Source: Bacteroidota bacterium (lineage in GTDB: Bacteria > Bacteroidota > Bacteroidia > Sphingobacteriales > Sphingobacteriaceae). From it: a stretch of DNA of 64,000 bases. The notes under the pieces are model-generated. The model was not told the DNA's origin. It did no database searches and saw nothing but the letters and a program-made list of their open reading frames with translations. Location of the stretch: positions 50,919 through 114,918 of the forward strand of contig JAZKHM010000011.1 in NCBI GenBank assembly GCA_040385405.1. Reading direction: 5' to 3'. The first letter of the stretch is position 1, and each line of letters starts with the position of its first letter. Made by a program: the position numbers and the translations under genes. Positions 48,924 to 58,807 of the stretch are shown one piece after another.

Positions 48924-49910
48924 TTAACTTATAATGATTGATGATTTATCGGTTCGGGGTTGTTGCCCTCCGCGCAGGACCGTATTCCCTTCAAACTTCT
49001 GGCTTTGATCGACAATGCCCGGGCTGATAAAATCTGCTTCATCAATCTGCCCGCTTTGCGCAAATGCTGTGATTGCATTAGTATAAGTAATCAATTTTAT
49101 ATCTTCATCACTAATTCCTTTGATCTTCATGAGCGCAGCTGTCTTGGGCACTGCAAGCGGGTCGCTGATTCCCCAATCCGCAGCCGAATTGATCATTATT
49201 CGCTCCGGGCCGTATTGTTTTGCAATCTCAACCATGCGTTCATTTCCCATCTTAGTGAAAGGATAAATGGTAAAGGCAGCCCAAAAACCTCTGTCAAGGA
49301 CTTCCTTAACGGTTTCTTCATTGTTATGGTCGACTATCACTTTGCAGGGATCCAGACCATGTTCAATGGCGATATCCATACTTCGCTGCGTTCCTCGTTT
49401 TTTATCACGATGTGGTGTATGTATTTGGACAGGAAGCCCGGATTCTTTAGCCAGCTCAAGCTGAGCACGATAATATTTTTCTTCTGCAGCAGTCTGATCA
49501 TCAAAGCCAATTTCCCCGATTCCAACGACCCCTTCTTTGTAGATAAAGAGAGGCAGAAGTGTCATAACCTCTTCAGCGAGTTTTTCATTATTCGCTTCAC
49601 GCGAGTTAAGCCCGATAGTACAATAATGCTTGATACCGAACTGAGCCGAGCGGAACCTTTCCCAGCCGATCAGGCTACTGTAATAATCTCTAAAGCTATC
49701 TATACCTGTCCGGGGCTGCCCAAGCCAGAATGCCGGTTCAATAAGGGCCACAATTCCGGCGTCGGCCATTGCCTGATAATCATCAGTGGTGCGCGACGTC
49801 ATGTGAACATGCGGGTCGAAAAACTTCATTCCCTTAATAACGTCCAGATCTAGCTTAAAAGCCTCTCCTGCAACTGGTTTTCGATCTTCTAAAGAATGGG
49901 TGCAGCACAT
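48924..49910 (-). CDS. eboB: EboB, TatD-family metallohydrolase
   Basis: DPHVHM, EPAFWLGQPR, GEIGFD, HTPHRDK, DHNNE, NSAADWG. Confidence 0.9.
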   Translation of the reverse strand: MCCTHSLEDRKPVAGEAFKLDLDVIKGMKFFDPHVHMTSRTTDDYQAMADAGIVALIEPAFWLGQPRTGIDSFRDYYSSLIGWERFRSAQFGIKHYCTIGLNSREANNEKLAEEVMTLLPLFIYKEGVVGIGEIGFDDQTAAEEKYYRAQLELAKESGLPVQIHTPHRDKKRGTQRSMDIAIEHGLDPCKVIVDHNNEETVKEVLDRGFWAAFTIYPFTKMGNERMVEIAKQYGPERIMINSAADWGISDPLAVPKTAALMKIKGISDEDIKLITYTNAITAFAQSGQIDEADFISPGIVDQSQKFEGNTVLRGGQQPRTDKSSIIIS

Positions 49911-49921
49911 GATGATAATTT

Positions 49922-50803
49922 TTAATGTTGTAAAATCAATTCCGCTTCAACCTGTTCCCAGGTTAATTTCTTATTCTCAATGGCCATCACTAATTCGCTA
50001 TGACCCTGTAAAAGCTGCTTCGCCCCGGCCGAATTTGAATGATAAATTGTGAGCACAGCGGCCTGCCGTTCTTTTAGATTCCCCACCGAGAGTACTTTTT
50101 CCAAATCCTCTTTAATCCGCGTATCAATAAACTTTTGCATTGTTCTCCACAATAACGGATTGACATTTCGTCCGGCAGCCCAGCGTTCATGAGCATAATC
50201 TGACAGAATAAGTGTGAGTTCTGCGTTGGCCCTTTCATCAAAACCGTAGATCCGACCGACCTTCTTATCAGTGAAAAAAGCTTTCATAACTAACTGGTTC
50301 CATGCTTTTTCCTCCAGGTGTGCAGCGGGATAAGGATTATTGTACATAATAGCTTCCAAAACAGTACCAATGTTACTGCGTATTCCTTCAGCACATCGCA
50401 TCTTCCAAAGCTCCGGATAAGCCAACACAGGTAGCGAGGCGTAAAGTGCAACCAGCTCTGTCATTTCTGCTGCAAGAAACAGGCCCTCTATAATCTTGAA
50501 GTATTTATCCCTGTCTGCAGAATCTAAATGCATAAGAAAACAAACCCGGCACAGGCGGTCTGCCGACCACCCCTTCACCGACCAGCCAGGTCTAATCCCG
50601 GAAATCACCTGTTCCTGTGCCGAAGTAGTGATGACAGTCTCTTTGCCCGTCTTCCTGGGCATCACAGAGAATGCAGTGTTTATAGCTGATTCATCTTGCA
50701 AACCCAGCTTTTCCTGGAACCAGTTCCAGGCTTCTGAAGAGATATTTGAACGGGTAATTTCCAGTATGACAGCCCGTAGTCTTTCTGCATCGTAATCAAA
50801 CAT
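49922..50803 (-). CDS. eboA: EboA domain protein
   Basis: EGIRSN, NNPYPA, WNQLVMKAFF, DYAHERWAAGRNV; first gene of the cluster. Confidence 0.88.
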   Translation of the reverse strand: MFDYDAERLRAVILEITRSNISSEAWNWFQEKLGLQDESAINTAFSVMPRKTGKETVITTSAQEQVISGIRPGWSVKGWSADRLCRVCFLMHLDSADRDKYFKIIEGLFLAAEMTELVALYASLPVLAYPELWKMRCAEGIRSNIGTVLEAIMYNNPYPAAHLEEKAWNQLVMKAFFTDKKVGRIYGFDERANAELTLILSDYAHERWAAGRNVNPLLWRTMQKFIDTRIKEDLEKVLSVGNLKERQAAVLTIYHSNSAGAKQLLQGHSELVMAIENKKLTWEQVEAELILQH

Positions 50804-50919
50804 ATGCGGTTATTGAATTTTCCGTTGTTAAGCGTTTTAACTTTCGAAAATTAACAAAAACTATTAACATTCGGAACTCTGGGAACGATCATTCACACCT
50901 TTCCAAAGATTCTAATTAT

Positions 50920-51324
50920 TTAGATTGCGGGAGATAAAAAGTAATTAATCGCGAGTGCTGTAGTGATAATAAGCAGTCCGAAAAACTCTCTGGTTTTTTC
51001 GATGTATGGCTTCTTAGCCTGCATGCTCTCGGTAATGCTCGGCTGTTTGTATTTCACGATCCAATCGCGCACACCGTCAGGGGAGAAAAAAAGGATTATC
51101 GCATATAAAATGTAGAATGTACCCAGCAAAAGATAGCTTACCGGATAAAACAAGCCAAAGACGGCCAGACCGCAACAAGCGGATGCCGCCAAATAGATCG
51201 GAACCCACAGCCACGAATCTTTGTCGTTCAGGTTAAACCAGGCGAAAAGAACAAATGAAAGGCAGAAAATAACGTTTAATATAATCAGAAACATTGCAGT
51301 GCGGAGCTTAAGCAAAGCTAACAC
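50920..51324 (-). CDS. Transmembrane-220-family-like membrane protein (start possibly ATG at 51294)
   Basis: LNDKDSWLWVPIY and IEKTREFFGL motifs; 4 hydrophobic segments. Confidence 0.7.
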   Translation of the reverse strand: MLALLKLRTAMFLIILNVIFCLSFVLFAWFNLNDKDSWLWVPIYLAASACCGLAVFGLFYPVSYLLLGTFYILYAIILFFSPDGVRDWIVKYKQPSITESMQAKKPYIEKTREFFGLLIITTALAINYFLSPAI

Positions 51325-51364
51325 AAAATCCGCTACCTTTTAAATTGTTCTTCTAACGCTATGC

Positions 51365-51541
51365 TTAATCTTTCTTCTCAGGTACTTTTGCTCCCTCTTT
51401 CTTAGCTTCAGAAAGGCCAATTGCTATCGCCTGTTTCCTGGAGGTCACTTTTTTACCACTTCCAGTTTTTAGAGTTCCTTCCTTCTTCTCATGCATGGCC
51501 TGCTCAACTTTTTCACCAGCCTTTTTTGAGTATTTTGCCAT
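51365..51541 (-). CDS. Small basic stress protein (DUF6496-like), 58 aa
   Basis: Manual translation MAKYSKKAGEKVEQAMHEKKEGTLKTGSGKKVTSRKQAIAIGLSEAKKEGAKVPEKKD*; below the ORF-track cutoff. Confidence 0.85.
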   Translation of the reverse strand: MAKYSKKAGEKVEQAMHEKKEGTLKTGSGKKVTSRKQAIAIGLSEAKKEGAKVPEKKD

Positions 51542-51625
51542 AATCTTATCTTACTTTTATTTTGAAACAACGGTAATTGGGGAACTGTTTGGTGTTGATA
51601 ATCCCTACCCGCTAATCCCTCAAAC

Positions 51626-51654
51626 AAAAAAAGCCACACTTAATGTATGGCTTT
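51626..51654 (-). terminator. Probable terminator after the DUF892 gene
   Basis: Minus strand AAAGCCATAC-loop-GTGTGGCTTTTTTTG. Confidence 0.6.
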
Positions 51655-51673
51655 CATAAAGATCGAAGATAAC

Positions 51674-52219
51674 CTACTCAACTTCCTGGGCAGCGGCTTC
51701 ATTTACAAAACCTTCTGCGATTACTGTAAGGCCAACATCTGTAGTTTTTTCTTCCTCAAGAGTGGTTTCCAATAGTTCGGCTGCATCAGTTAAACCCAGG
51801 GTATTTGCAATTACACGTAACGTCCCATAGGTAGCTATTTCATAATGTTCTACTTTTTGCGCCGCAGAAATAATTCCTGCGTCACGGGTCATTGTACCAT
51901 CTTCTGTATCTTCCAAAATACCCTGGCCCTCTTCGATTAGTCCAGCCATGGCATCACATTTTTTAGCTTGTGGTTTGATTCCCAGGATTCCGAACACTTC
52001 TTCCAGGCGCTCAATGTGCACCTCAGTTTCTTCAATGTGCTTCTCAATAGCTGCTGTCAACTCTTCTGAGGTAGCACCTTTTGCCATCTTCGGCAAGGCC
52101 TTTACCAGGTGTTTCTCCGCCCAGTATATGTCTTTCACCTCATCTGTGAAAAGTTTTAATAAAGCTGACTTATCTTTTTCTCTGTCAGCTGGTGACATTG
52201 TTTTCCGTTGCTGTTTCAT
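51674..52219 (-). CDS. Ferritin-like DUF892 (YciE/YciF) protein
   Basis: DIYWAEKHL, ETEVHIERLEEVF, CDAMAGL, AAQKVEHYEIATYG, EEKTTD. Confidence 0.92.
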   Translation of the reverse strand: MKQQRKTMSPADREKDKSALLKLFTDEVKDIYWAEKHLVKALPKMAKGATSEELTAAIEKHIEETEVHIERLEEVFGILGIKPQAKKCDAMAGLIEEGQGILEDTEDGTMTRDAGIISAAQKVEHYEIATYGTLRVIANTLGLTDAAELLETTLEEEKTTDVGLTVIAEGFVNEAAAQEVE

Positions 52220-52397
52220 AGTTTATTTGTTTGTTGTTGTAAAGTTTCAACATTCTGTTTTTCGAAAGGTTTAATCAAATTTAAAATAGAGTATAAACAA
52301 CAAGTACCACGTATAAATCCTGTTTTTGTAACTTGAGCAAGTTTCGGGTTTCCTGAATCCGGGTATGCACATATCTTTGTTTAACACACATTAGCAC

Positions 52398-53240
52398 ATG
52401 ACATCCGAAGAACTTAATTATTCAAGAATTGCTGAAGCCATTGACTATATCAGATTGAATTTCAAAAGCCAGCCTGGTCTCGATGAAATCGCTGAAAAGA
52501 TGAATTTAAGCCCTTTTCATTTCCAGCGAATATTTACAGAATGGGCAGGCGTAAGTCCAAAGAAATTCCTGCAATATATTAGTGTAGAATATGCGAAGGG
52601 AATACTGAACGACAAGCAAACATCGCTCTTTGAAGCAGCCTATGGAGCCGGACTGTCGGGCACTGGAAGACTACACGACTTGTTCGTACAAATTGAGGGA
52701 ATGACCCCGGGAGAGTACAAGAACGGAGGTGCAGAACTTAATATCAACTATAGCTTCTCCGAAAGTCCATTTGGAAAAATCATTGTGGCTTCAACTTTAA
52801 AAGGAATATGCCACATGTCTTTTACAGATAATGAAATATCTTCGGTGATTGACTTAAAAAGGCGATTTCCCAATGCTGAATTCGAACTTTTGCGGGATGA
52901 TCTTCAGGAAAACGCCCTGCACATTTTCAGCGGAGACTGGACAAAACCAGATCAGATCAGGTTGCACCTAAAAGGGACTGCATTTCAGCTCAAGGTATGG
53001 GAAACGCTTTTAAAGATTCCTCTGGGCAAGCTAGCCAGTTATGGAGCCATAGCTCATAATATAGCCCAACCAAATGCTTCCAGAGCTGTTGGGACAGCGA
53101 TAGGGAGTAATCCCGTTGCATTTCTGATTCCTTGCCACCGGGTGATTCAGGGTGGTGGACAGTCGGGGGGGTATATGTGGGGCCTTACCCGAAAAAGTGC
53201 ACTAATTGGCTGGGAAGCAGCCCGGGTAAACTCTCAATAG
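52398..53240 (+). CDS. AraC-HTH plus methylated-DNA--protein-cysteine methyltransferase (Ada-like)
   Basis: LSPFHFQRIFTEWAGVSPKKF; ASRAVGTAIGSNPVAFLIPCHRVI (PCHR). Confidence 0.92.
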   Translation: MTSEELNYSRIAEAIDYIRLNFKSQPGLDEIAEKMNLSPFHFQRIFTEWAGVSPKKFLQYISVEYAKGILNDKQTSLFEAAYGAGLSGTGRLHDLFVQIEGMTPGEYKNGGAELNINYSFSESPFGKIIVASTLKGICHMSFTDNEISSVIDLKRRFPNAEFELLRDDLQENALHIFSGDWTKPDQIRLHLKGTAFQLKVWETLLKIPLGKLASYGAIAHNIAQPNASRAVGTAIGSNPVAFLIPCHRVIQGGGQSGGYMWGLTRKSALIGWEAARVNSQ

Positions 53241-53426
53241 CACCAGTCGTTCGGAAGAACAAGAAGCTAGTACATTCGGCGGGCAATGATCTCAAAGTGT
53301 AAAGTTGCCTGGTCCGGAGATGATCATTGCTCTGATATCATAGCTATATTCCCGAACGTCAGTAATTGCTCGCAGCTTAATCAAACTTTATACGCTGTCG
53401 CTTGTCTATTTTCTAAATAACAATTT

Positions 53427-54968
53427 ATGAAAGCTATGAAAAATCAGTCAATTAACCGAGATGGAGACAACCTGAACCCATGGCAAGTAAATCTGGAGTT
53501 CGAAAAAGCTAGTCTTAATACAGAAACTGAAGAGATATACGACTGTATAATAATCGGCGCTGGAATTACAGGAATAACCGCCGCTCTAAATCTTAGGAAT
53601 GCTGGCAAAAAGGTCATAATAATAGATGCCCGCAACGCAGGCTATGGCACCACTGGTGGCACAAGTGCACACATAAACACGTTCGCTGATACCACTTATA
53701 AGGAAACAGAGAATGCATTTGGTAAAGATGGTGCAAACCTCTTTGCGGGAGCTGTTAATTCCGGTCTGGATATCATCCGAAAAAATATCACAACATTTAA
53801 TATTGAATGTGATTTCGAGGAAAAGCCAGGCTATGTATATGCGGAAAATGATGATCAGGTGGAACAACTTGAAGAACTTTATGACGGTACAGTAAATGTA
53901 GGTGTCCCGATCTCTTATACAGAAGAAATTCCAATTCCAATACCCTTTAAGAAGGCCGTGCTGCTACCCGGGCAGGCACAATTCCATCCCCTGAAATATG
54001 TTCAGGCTTTGGTGCAGGCATACAAAACCGCAGGCGGTGTCATTATAGAAGATACCAGGATTGAGAAGCTGCAAACGGAGAACGAAATCCATTCCGCTAT
54101 TTCGGGAGAAAAAATCTATAAGGCTAGAAACATTATTTATGCAACTCATACTCCGCCGGGTATTAACGTATTCAGCTTTCGCTGCGCACCCTATCGTAGT
54201 TACGTTCTTGCTGTTAAATTAAAAAACGGGGAGTACCCTCCAGCTCTTATCTACGATATGCAGGATCCCTATCATTATTTCAGAACTCATAAAATTGAAG
54301 GACATGAACTGCTGTTACTCGGAGGGAACGATCACAAGACTGGACATGACGATCCGATACAGGCATTTGAAGAACTTGAAAAATATGCACGAAAACACTT
54401 TGATATTGCGTCAGTCGAATATAAATGGTCATCCCAATATTATGTTCCAGTGGATGGTCTGCCCTATGTGGGACAGATTCCATTTTACGCGCCAGGAATC
54501 TATTGCGCAACGGGCTATAACGGCAATGGAATGATGCTTGGTAGTATCTCCGCAGAAATCCTTGCACACTTGATATTGGGAAAAGAACATCCCTATGAAA
54601 AATTGTTCAGCACAGGCCGCATTAAACCGATAGATGGCTTCACAGAATTTGTAAAGGAAAACGCCGACGTAGTTTATCATTTTGTGGCCGACAGGCTTTC
54701 AGTTCATGAGACAGATTCTCTAAAGCGTCTTAAGCCCGGCACCGGCAAGGTTGTAAAACTTGATGGACGAAAAATTGCCGCATACCGGGATGAAAACGGG
54801 GAAATACATGCATTGAGCCCTGTTTGCACCCATGCTGCCTGTATTGTTAACTGGAACCAGGAAGAAAAAAGCTGGGATTGTCCCTGTCACGGGGCCAGAT
54901 ATGACATTGAAGGAAGAGTTCTTACCGGGCCGGCGGAGAGGAATCTTGGAAAGATTGCTTTGGAATAG
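53427..54968 (+). CDS. FAD-dependent oxidoreductase with C-terminal Rieske domain (YhfW-like)
   Basis: IIGAGITG; CTHAAC...WDCPCHGARY Rieske motifs. Confidence 0.9.
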   Translation: MKAMKNQSINRDGDNLNPWQVNLEFEKASLNTETEEIYDCIIIGAGITGITAALNLRNAGKKVIIIDARNAGYGTTGGTSAHINTFADTTYKETENAFGKDGANLFAGAVNSGLDIIRKNITTFNIECDFEEKPGYVYAENDDQVEQLEELYDGTVNVGVPISYTEEIPIPIPFKKAVLLPGQAQFHPLKYVQALVQAYKTAGGVIIEDTRIEKLQTENEIHSAISGEKIYKARNIIYATHTPPGINVFSFRCAPYRSYVLAVKLKNGEYPPALIYDMQDPYHYFRTHKIEGHELLLLGGNDHKTGHDDPIQAFEELEKYARKHFDIASVEYKWSSQYYVPVDGLPYVGQIPFYAPGIYCATGYNGNGMMLGSISAEILAHLILGKEHPYEKLFSTGRIKPIDGFTEFVKENADVVYHFVADRLSVHETDSLKRLKPGTGKVVKLDGRKIAAYRDENGEIHALSPVCTHAACIVNWNQEEKSWDCPCHGARYDIEGRVLTGPAERNLGKIALE

Positions 54969-55041
54969 GTCAGTCAAATAGTATACATTATTCTCGAAAC
55001 CACTTTTCACAATTCTTGTTATATAAATAAAGACCAGTGCG

Positions 55042-55440
55042 ATGAACGAAAACACAAACAATCCAGGAAAGGATCATACAGATCCGAATGGAACAGAAAA
55101 ACAGGACGACGAATTGGATATTGGTAATGATTTGAGTCTTGGAAGTGTCAGCGGACAGGGGATATCCGATTTTGATCCGGAGACTGATTCTCCTGAAACT
55201 GAAGAACAAGAATACCGCGAAGGAGGTGGTAGTGGAGATGATCAGCGGTCAGATGATAATGGAATCAACCCATCTCCTGCGGAAGTAGATCCAAAAAAAA
55301 CAGCCTTAACTTCGGGCTTCTACGTGGAAAATGCCGATGAAGATAAGCTAAACCCCTATCCTGACGAACTTAAGTCAACTGATGAGGATGACAAACTAAA
55401 TTCAACCTGGATGATATCCGGAAGAAACAGGAAAATCTAG
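55042..55440 (+). CDS. Acidic low-complexity hypothetical protein
   Basis: 132 aa, D/E/N/P-rich; has its own promoter-like motif upstream. Confidence 0.65.
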   Translation: MNENTNNPGKDHTDPNGTEKQDDELDIGNDLSLGSVSGQGISDFDPETDSPETEEQEYREGGGSGDDQRSDDNGINPSPAEVDPKKTALTSGFYVENADEDKLNPYPDELKSTDEDDKLNSTWMISGRNRKI

Positions 55441-55448
55441 ATTGCCGT

Positions 55449-55700
55449 ATGGAACTCAAAGAACCAGTCCTTAAAATCTTGAACAAGGTTTACGAACCTG
55501 ATTCATTAGTGGAAAGGCCATTCAAGAAATATCATATGGCTTTTAAAACAGATGAAATGGGAAGGCCGGTCCTTTTGTTTCTCGGTCAAAAAGAACTAGA
55601 CGGAAGAATTAAAGGTGAACGATTTTCAAGGCGTCTTAAAATTGACAAAGACGGCAAAATCATCAAAGATCATTGGGAGCATAAAGGCAAAGCCACATAA
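55449..55700 (+). CDS. Small hypothetical protein
   Basis: 83 aa ORF 8 nt downstream of the previous ORF; ends DHWEHKGKAT. Confidence 0.7.
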   Translation: MELKEPVLKILNKVYEPDSLVERPFKKYHMAFKTDEMGRPVLLFLGQKELDGRIKGERFSRRLKIDKDGKIIKDHWEHKGKAT

Positions 55701-55730
55701 ACCGAAATGTAGCGGTAATACTGGTACCTT

Positions 55731-56606
55731 TCAAAAAAGGGAATACTGCACATTACCCTGCAACGGAAAATCAGAAGCCAGGGAATTCGTCATTCTCCTG
55801 AACGGAGTCAACCCTACAGATGTCTGGTCTTCATTCTCAACAGATTTAATGTAGTAGATATCAGTTTCCTTGTCCCGCGGCGCGATAACTATTTTCGTCT
55901 CCCCAGCCGATTGTTTGAATAATTCGAGCACCAGATCAGGAGAATTGTTATCCTTGGACAGATGGGAAAGAAGTAAATGGCTCATATTTGAACGTCTGCA
56001 CGTTTTAAATAACTCCAGGGCTTGCCGGTTCGACAAATGGCCATGGCCTCCCCGGATTCTTTTTTTTAAGAAATATGGGTACCGTCCGCTGTCCAGCATT
56101 TCTTCATCGTAATTAGCCTCAAGGAATGCTGCATTACATAATTTGAAATATCGGATCAAATTTTCACATGGAAATCCGATATCAGTAAAAACTCCCACAG
56201 TTATATCCCTGCAGCTGACAATAAAACTGTGAGGTTCAGACGCATCATGCAATTTTGGAAATGCAGTAATTAACAGATCTCCAATACGTATACATTCGTG
56301 AGCCCTAAAAGACCGCACCAGTTCGTTTTGCAGTGAAAGCCGGCCTCCGATATGTGTTCCTGGAGTAATATAAACTGGAAGTTGATATTTGCGGGCGATA
56401 ACCGGCAAGCCAGAAATGTGGTCCGAATGTTCATGGGAAATGAATATGGCACGTACTTTACTCATCGAAAGCCCAAGCCTTGCCATCCGCTTTTCGGTCT
56501 CACGGCAGTTTAGTCCTACATCTACCAATATTGCATCTTCTTCATTTGCCAGGTAATAGCAATTGCCGTTACTGCCAGAATTTAAAGAGCAAATGTGTAG
56601 TGCCAT
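55731..56606 (-). CDS. MBL-fold metallo-hydrolase (YycJ/WalJ-like)
   Basis: LNSGSNGNC, SHEHSDH, HDA, TDIG, LEANYD, GHLSN, HLSKDNN. Confidence 0.9.
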   Translation of the reverse strand: MALHICSLNSGSNGNCYYLANEEDAILVDVGLNCRETEKRMARLGLSMSKVRAIFISHEHSDHISGLPVIARKYQLPVYITPGTHIGGRLSLQNELVRSFRAHECIRIGDLLITAFPKLHDASEPHSFIVSCRDITVGVFTDIGFPCENLIRYFKLCNAAFLEANYDEEMLDSGRYPYFLKKRIRGGHGHLSNRQALELFKTCRRSNMSHLLLSHLSKDNNSPDLVLELFKQSAGETKIVIAPRDKETDIYYIKSVENEDQTSVGLTPFRRMTNSLASDFPLQGNVQYSLF

Positions 56607-56732
56607 GAATTAACAGCTTGTTAACTTCGTATATAATGAAGTCGTAAAATTATAGAAAAAACTACTAAATAACTTAGCTAACTGTACTTATATTCGTAAT
56701 TGTAATTGTTCTTATTTTATCTATCATATTAT

Positions 56733-57275
56733 ATGAAACTTTGTCAATTTAAATACCTGATTCTTACCTTCATAAGCGGTATTGCACTTAACGGCTATTC
56801 GCAGGGAAGAAAAGTCATCAATTACACAGAGATTGGGGGATTGATTCATCAAAGTAATACACTTGGAAATAACTCTGAACTAAATGCCTTCAGGACGCGG
56901 ACAGGAATTTCGCGAATAGTAAATGAGAACTATGCAATCGGATTCGCTCTGGGCACGGACAATTATAAAAGAAATAATGGAGCCACCTACAACACGCTCC
57001 CAATTACGTTAAATGCGGCATATTTTTTCAATCCGGACCTGTCGGGCTTCAAAGCTGATATTTACGGAGGTTATTCTGTAAAGATTTTCAATAATCTTAA
57101 CCGGGGGCTTACGGCAGGAGCCGGGCTTTCCTACTCTTTTCCGGTCAATAGCGGAATAAATCTGGGTTTGCAGACCGGCTATAATTACCAGGAGATTGAT
57201 TTCCCGTCGAGCTTTTTCCAGCAAGGGTTCTCAATGGGTACATATCGAATCGGTCTCGGAGTCACTTTTAAATGA
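56733..57275 (+). CDS. Outer-membrane beta-barrel-type protein
   Basis: Signal peptide, amphipathic strands, C-terminal GVTFK. Confidence 0.7.
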   Translation: MKLCQFKYLILTFISGIALNGYSQGRKVINYTEIGGLIHQSNTLGNNSELNAFRTRTGISRIVNENYAIGFALGTDNYKRNNGATYNTLPITLNAAYFFNPDLSGFKADIYGGYSVKIFNNLNRGLTAGAGLSYSFPVNSGINLGLQTGYNYQEIDFPSSFFQQGFSMGTYRIGLGVTFK

Positions 57276-57367
57276 GCAAAAAGCTCGTTCCGTAATCATC
57301 ACGTATCTTTTTCGTGCCACTCCTAACAAAATCCTGACGGTGTTGTTAAGTTAAAAAATTGATAGAT

Positions 57368-57763
57368 ATGCAAAAACGCATCCTTGTGATCGACAATGAC
57401 CAGGATATCCTTGAAGCGGTAGAAGCGGCACTTTCAATGGAAAATTACTCTGTTGAAACCAGCCCTATTGTGGAAGACATTTTTCAGATGATTCATGAAA
57501 AAAACCCCGACCTTATATTAATCGACTACCTCCTTTTCGGTATCAACGGGGGAGAACTTTGCCACATGATCAAACACGAACCAAGCACCTCGCATCTACC
57601 TGTTATCATATTTTCTGGTTATCCAAAGGTTCTCCAATCACTCGGCACCTATGAGTGTGACGCTTTTATAAGCAAACCTTTTGATTTGGACCATTTCATG
57701 AAGGTAATTAAAGACTGTTTAGCTAAAGGTATCAGAAAGTCCTCTGATGACACAAAAGCTTAA
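57368..57763 (+). CDS. Single-domain response regulator
   Basis: ILVIDND, LILIDYLL...NGGELC, SKPFD. Confidence 0.88.
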   Translation: MQKRILVIDNDQDILEAVEAALSMENYSVETSPIVEDIFQMIHEKNPDLILIDYLLFGINGGELCHMIKHEPSTSHLPVIIFSGYPKVLQSLGTYECDAFISKPFDLDHFMKVIKDCLAKGIRKSSDDTKA

Positions 57764-57921
57764 TGTATCTGATATTAAAACTAAAGAATCAGGCCTACAG
57801 GAAACAATCGCCGATTGGCTAAGCAATGAGAAATAGGAACCATAGAGTTGCCTTTGTTCCGCCTTACTAGCTTCCGAAAAAATATTTTCAGTAATTTTGC
57901 ACTCCTTATTGAGATACATAT

Positions 57922-58806
57922 ATGCCTAACAAGAAATATAAAGTAGCAGTTATACAGGTTAGCCTGAACGATATTCCCGAAAATAATCTGAAGAAATGTC
58001 TGAAATGGGTGAGGGAAGCGGCAGCAAAGGGCGCCGAAGTGATTTGTATCCCTGAGCTTTACAGTGCGCATTATTTCTGCCAGGATGAGGATACAAATGC
58101 ATTCGCTCTAGCTGAACCCTTATACAGCACCTCGTTTACCGCATTCAGTTCTCTTGCTAAAGAACTGGGCGTAGTTGTTATCGTCCCTTTCTTTGAGAAA
58201 AGGATGGCTGGAATTTATCATAACAGTGCTTATATTATTAACACGGACGGCACTGAAGCGGGTCTTTACCGCAAAATGCACATACCCGATGATCCTCATT
58301 TTTACGAAAAATTTTACTTCACGCCGGGAGACATCGGGTTCAAGACCTTCCCTACTAATAAAGGTAAGATAGGTACCTTAATTTGCTGGGATCAGTGGTA
58401 TCCGGAAGCGGCACGATTAACGGCGCTTCAGGGTGCGGAGGTGCTCTTCTATCCTACTGCAATTGGATGGCATCCTAAAGAAAAAGCCGAATATGGCGAG
58501 AAGCAACAGAATGCGTGGATGACGGTAATGAAAGGTCATGCTGTGGCCAACGGCGTTTACGTGGCCGCAGCTAACCGCATAGGTTTAGAAAAATACGTTC
58601 CCGGGACCGACGGTATTCAATTTTGGGGATCTTCATTTATTTGCGGACCCCAGGGTGAAATTCTGGCACAAGCTTCAGAAGATAAAGAGGAAATTCTTAT
58701 CGCTGAAGTGGACCTGGACCTACAGGAAAACGTTAGGCAAAACTGGCCCTTCTTCAGGGATCGCAGGATAGATTCCTACGAAGATATTACTAAAAGAGCA
58801 CGGTAG
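57922..58806 (+). CDS. aguB: N-carbamoylputrescine amidase (carbon-nitrogen hydrolase)
   Basis: PELY, YRKMHIPDDP..YEKFYF, ICWDQWYPE catalytic triad; adjacent to agmatine deiminase. Confidence 0.85.
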   Translation: MPNKKYKVAVIQVSLNDIPENNLKKCLKWVREAAAKGAEVICIPELYSAHYFCQDEDTNAFALAEPLYSTSFTAFSSLAKELGVVVIVPFFEKRMAGIYHNSAYIINTDGTEAGLYRKMHIPDDPHFYEKFYFTPGDIGFKTFPTNKGKIGTLICWDQWYPEAARLTALQGAEVLFYPTAIGWHPKEKAEYGEKQQNAWMTVMKGHAVANGVYVAAANRIGLEKYVPGTDGIQFWGSSFICGPQGEILAQASEDKEEILIAEVDLDLQENVRQNWPFFRDRRIDSYEDITKRAR

Positions 58807-58807
58807 T

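Noticed and set aside
48960-49853. 297-aa plus-strand ORF
   Set aside because: In-register antisense shadow of eboB with no recognisable motifs.
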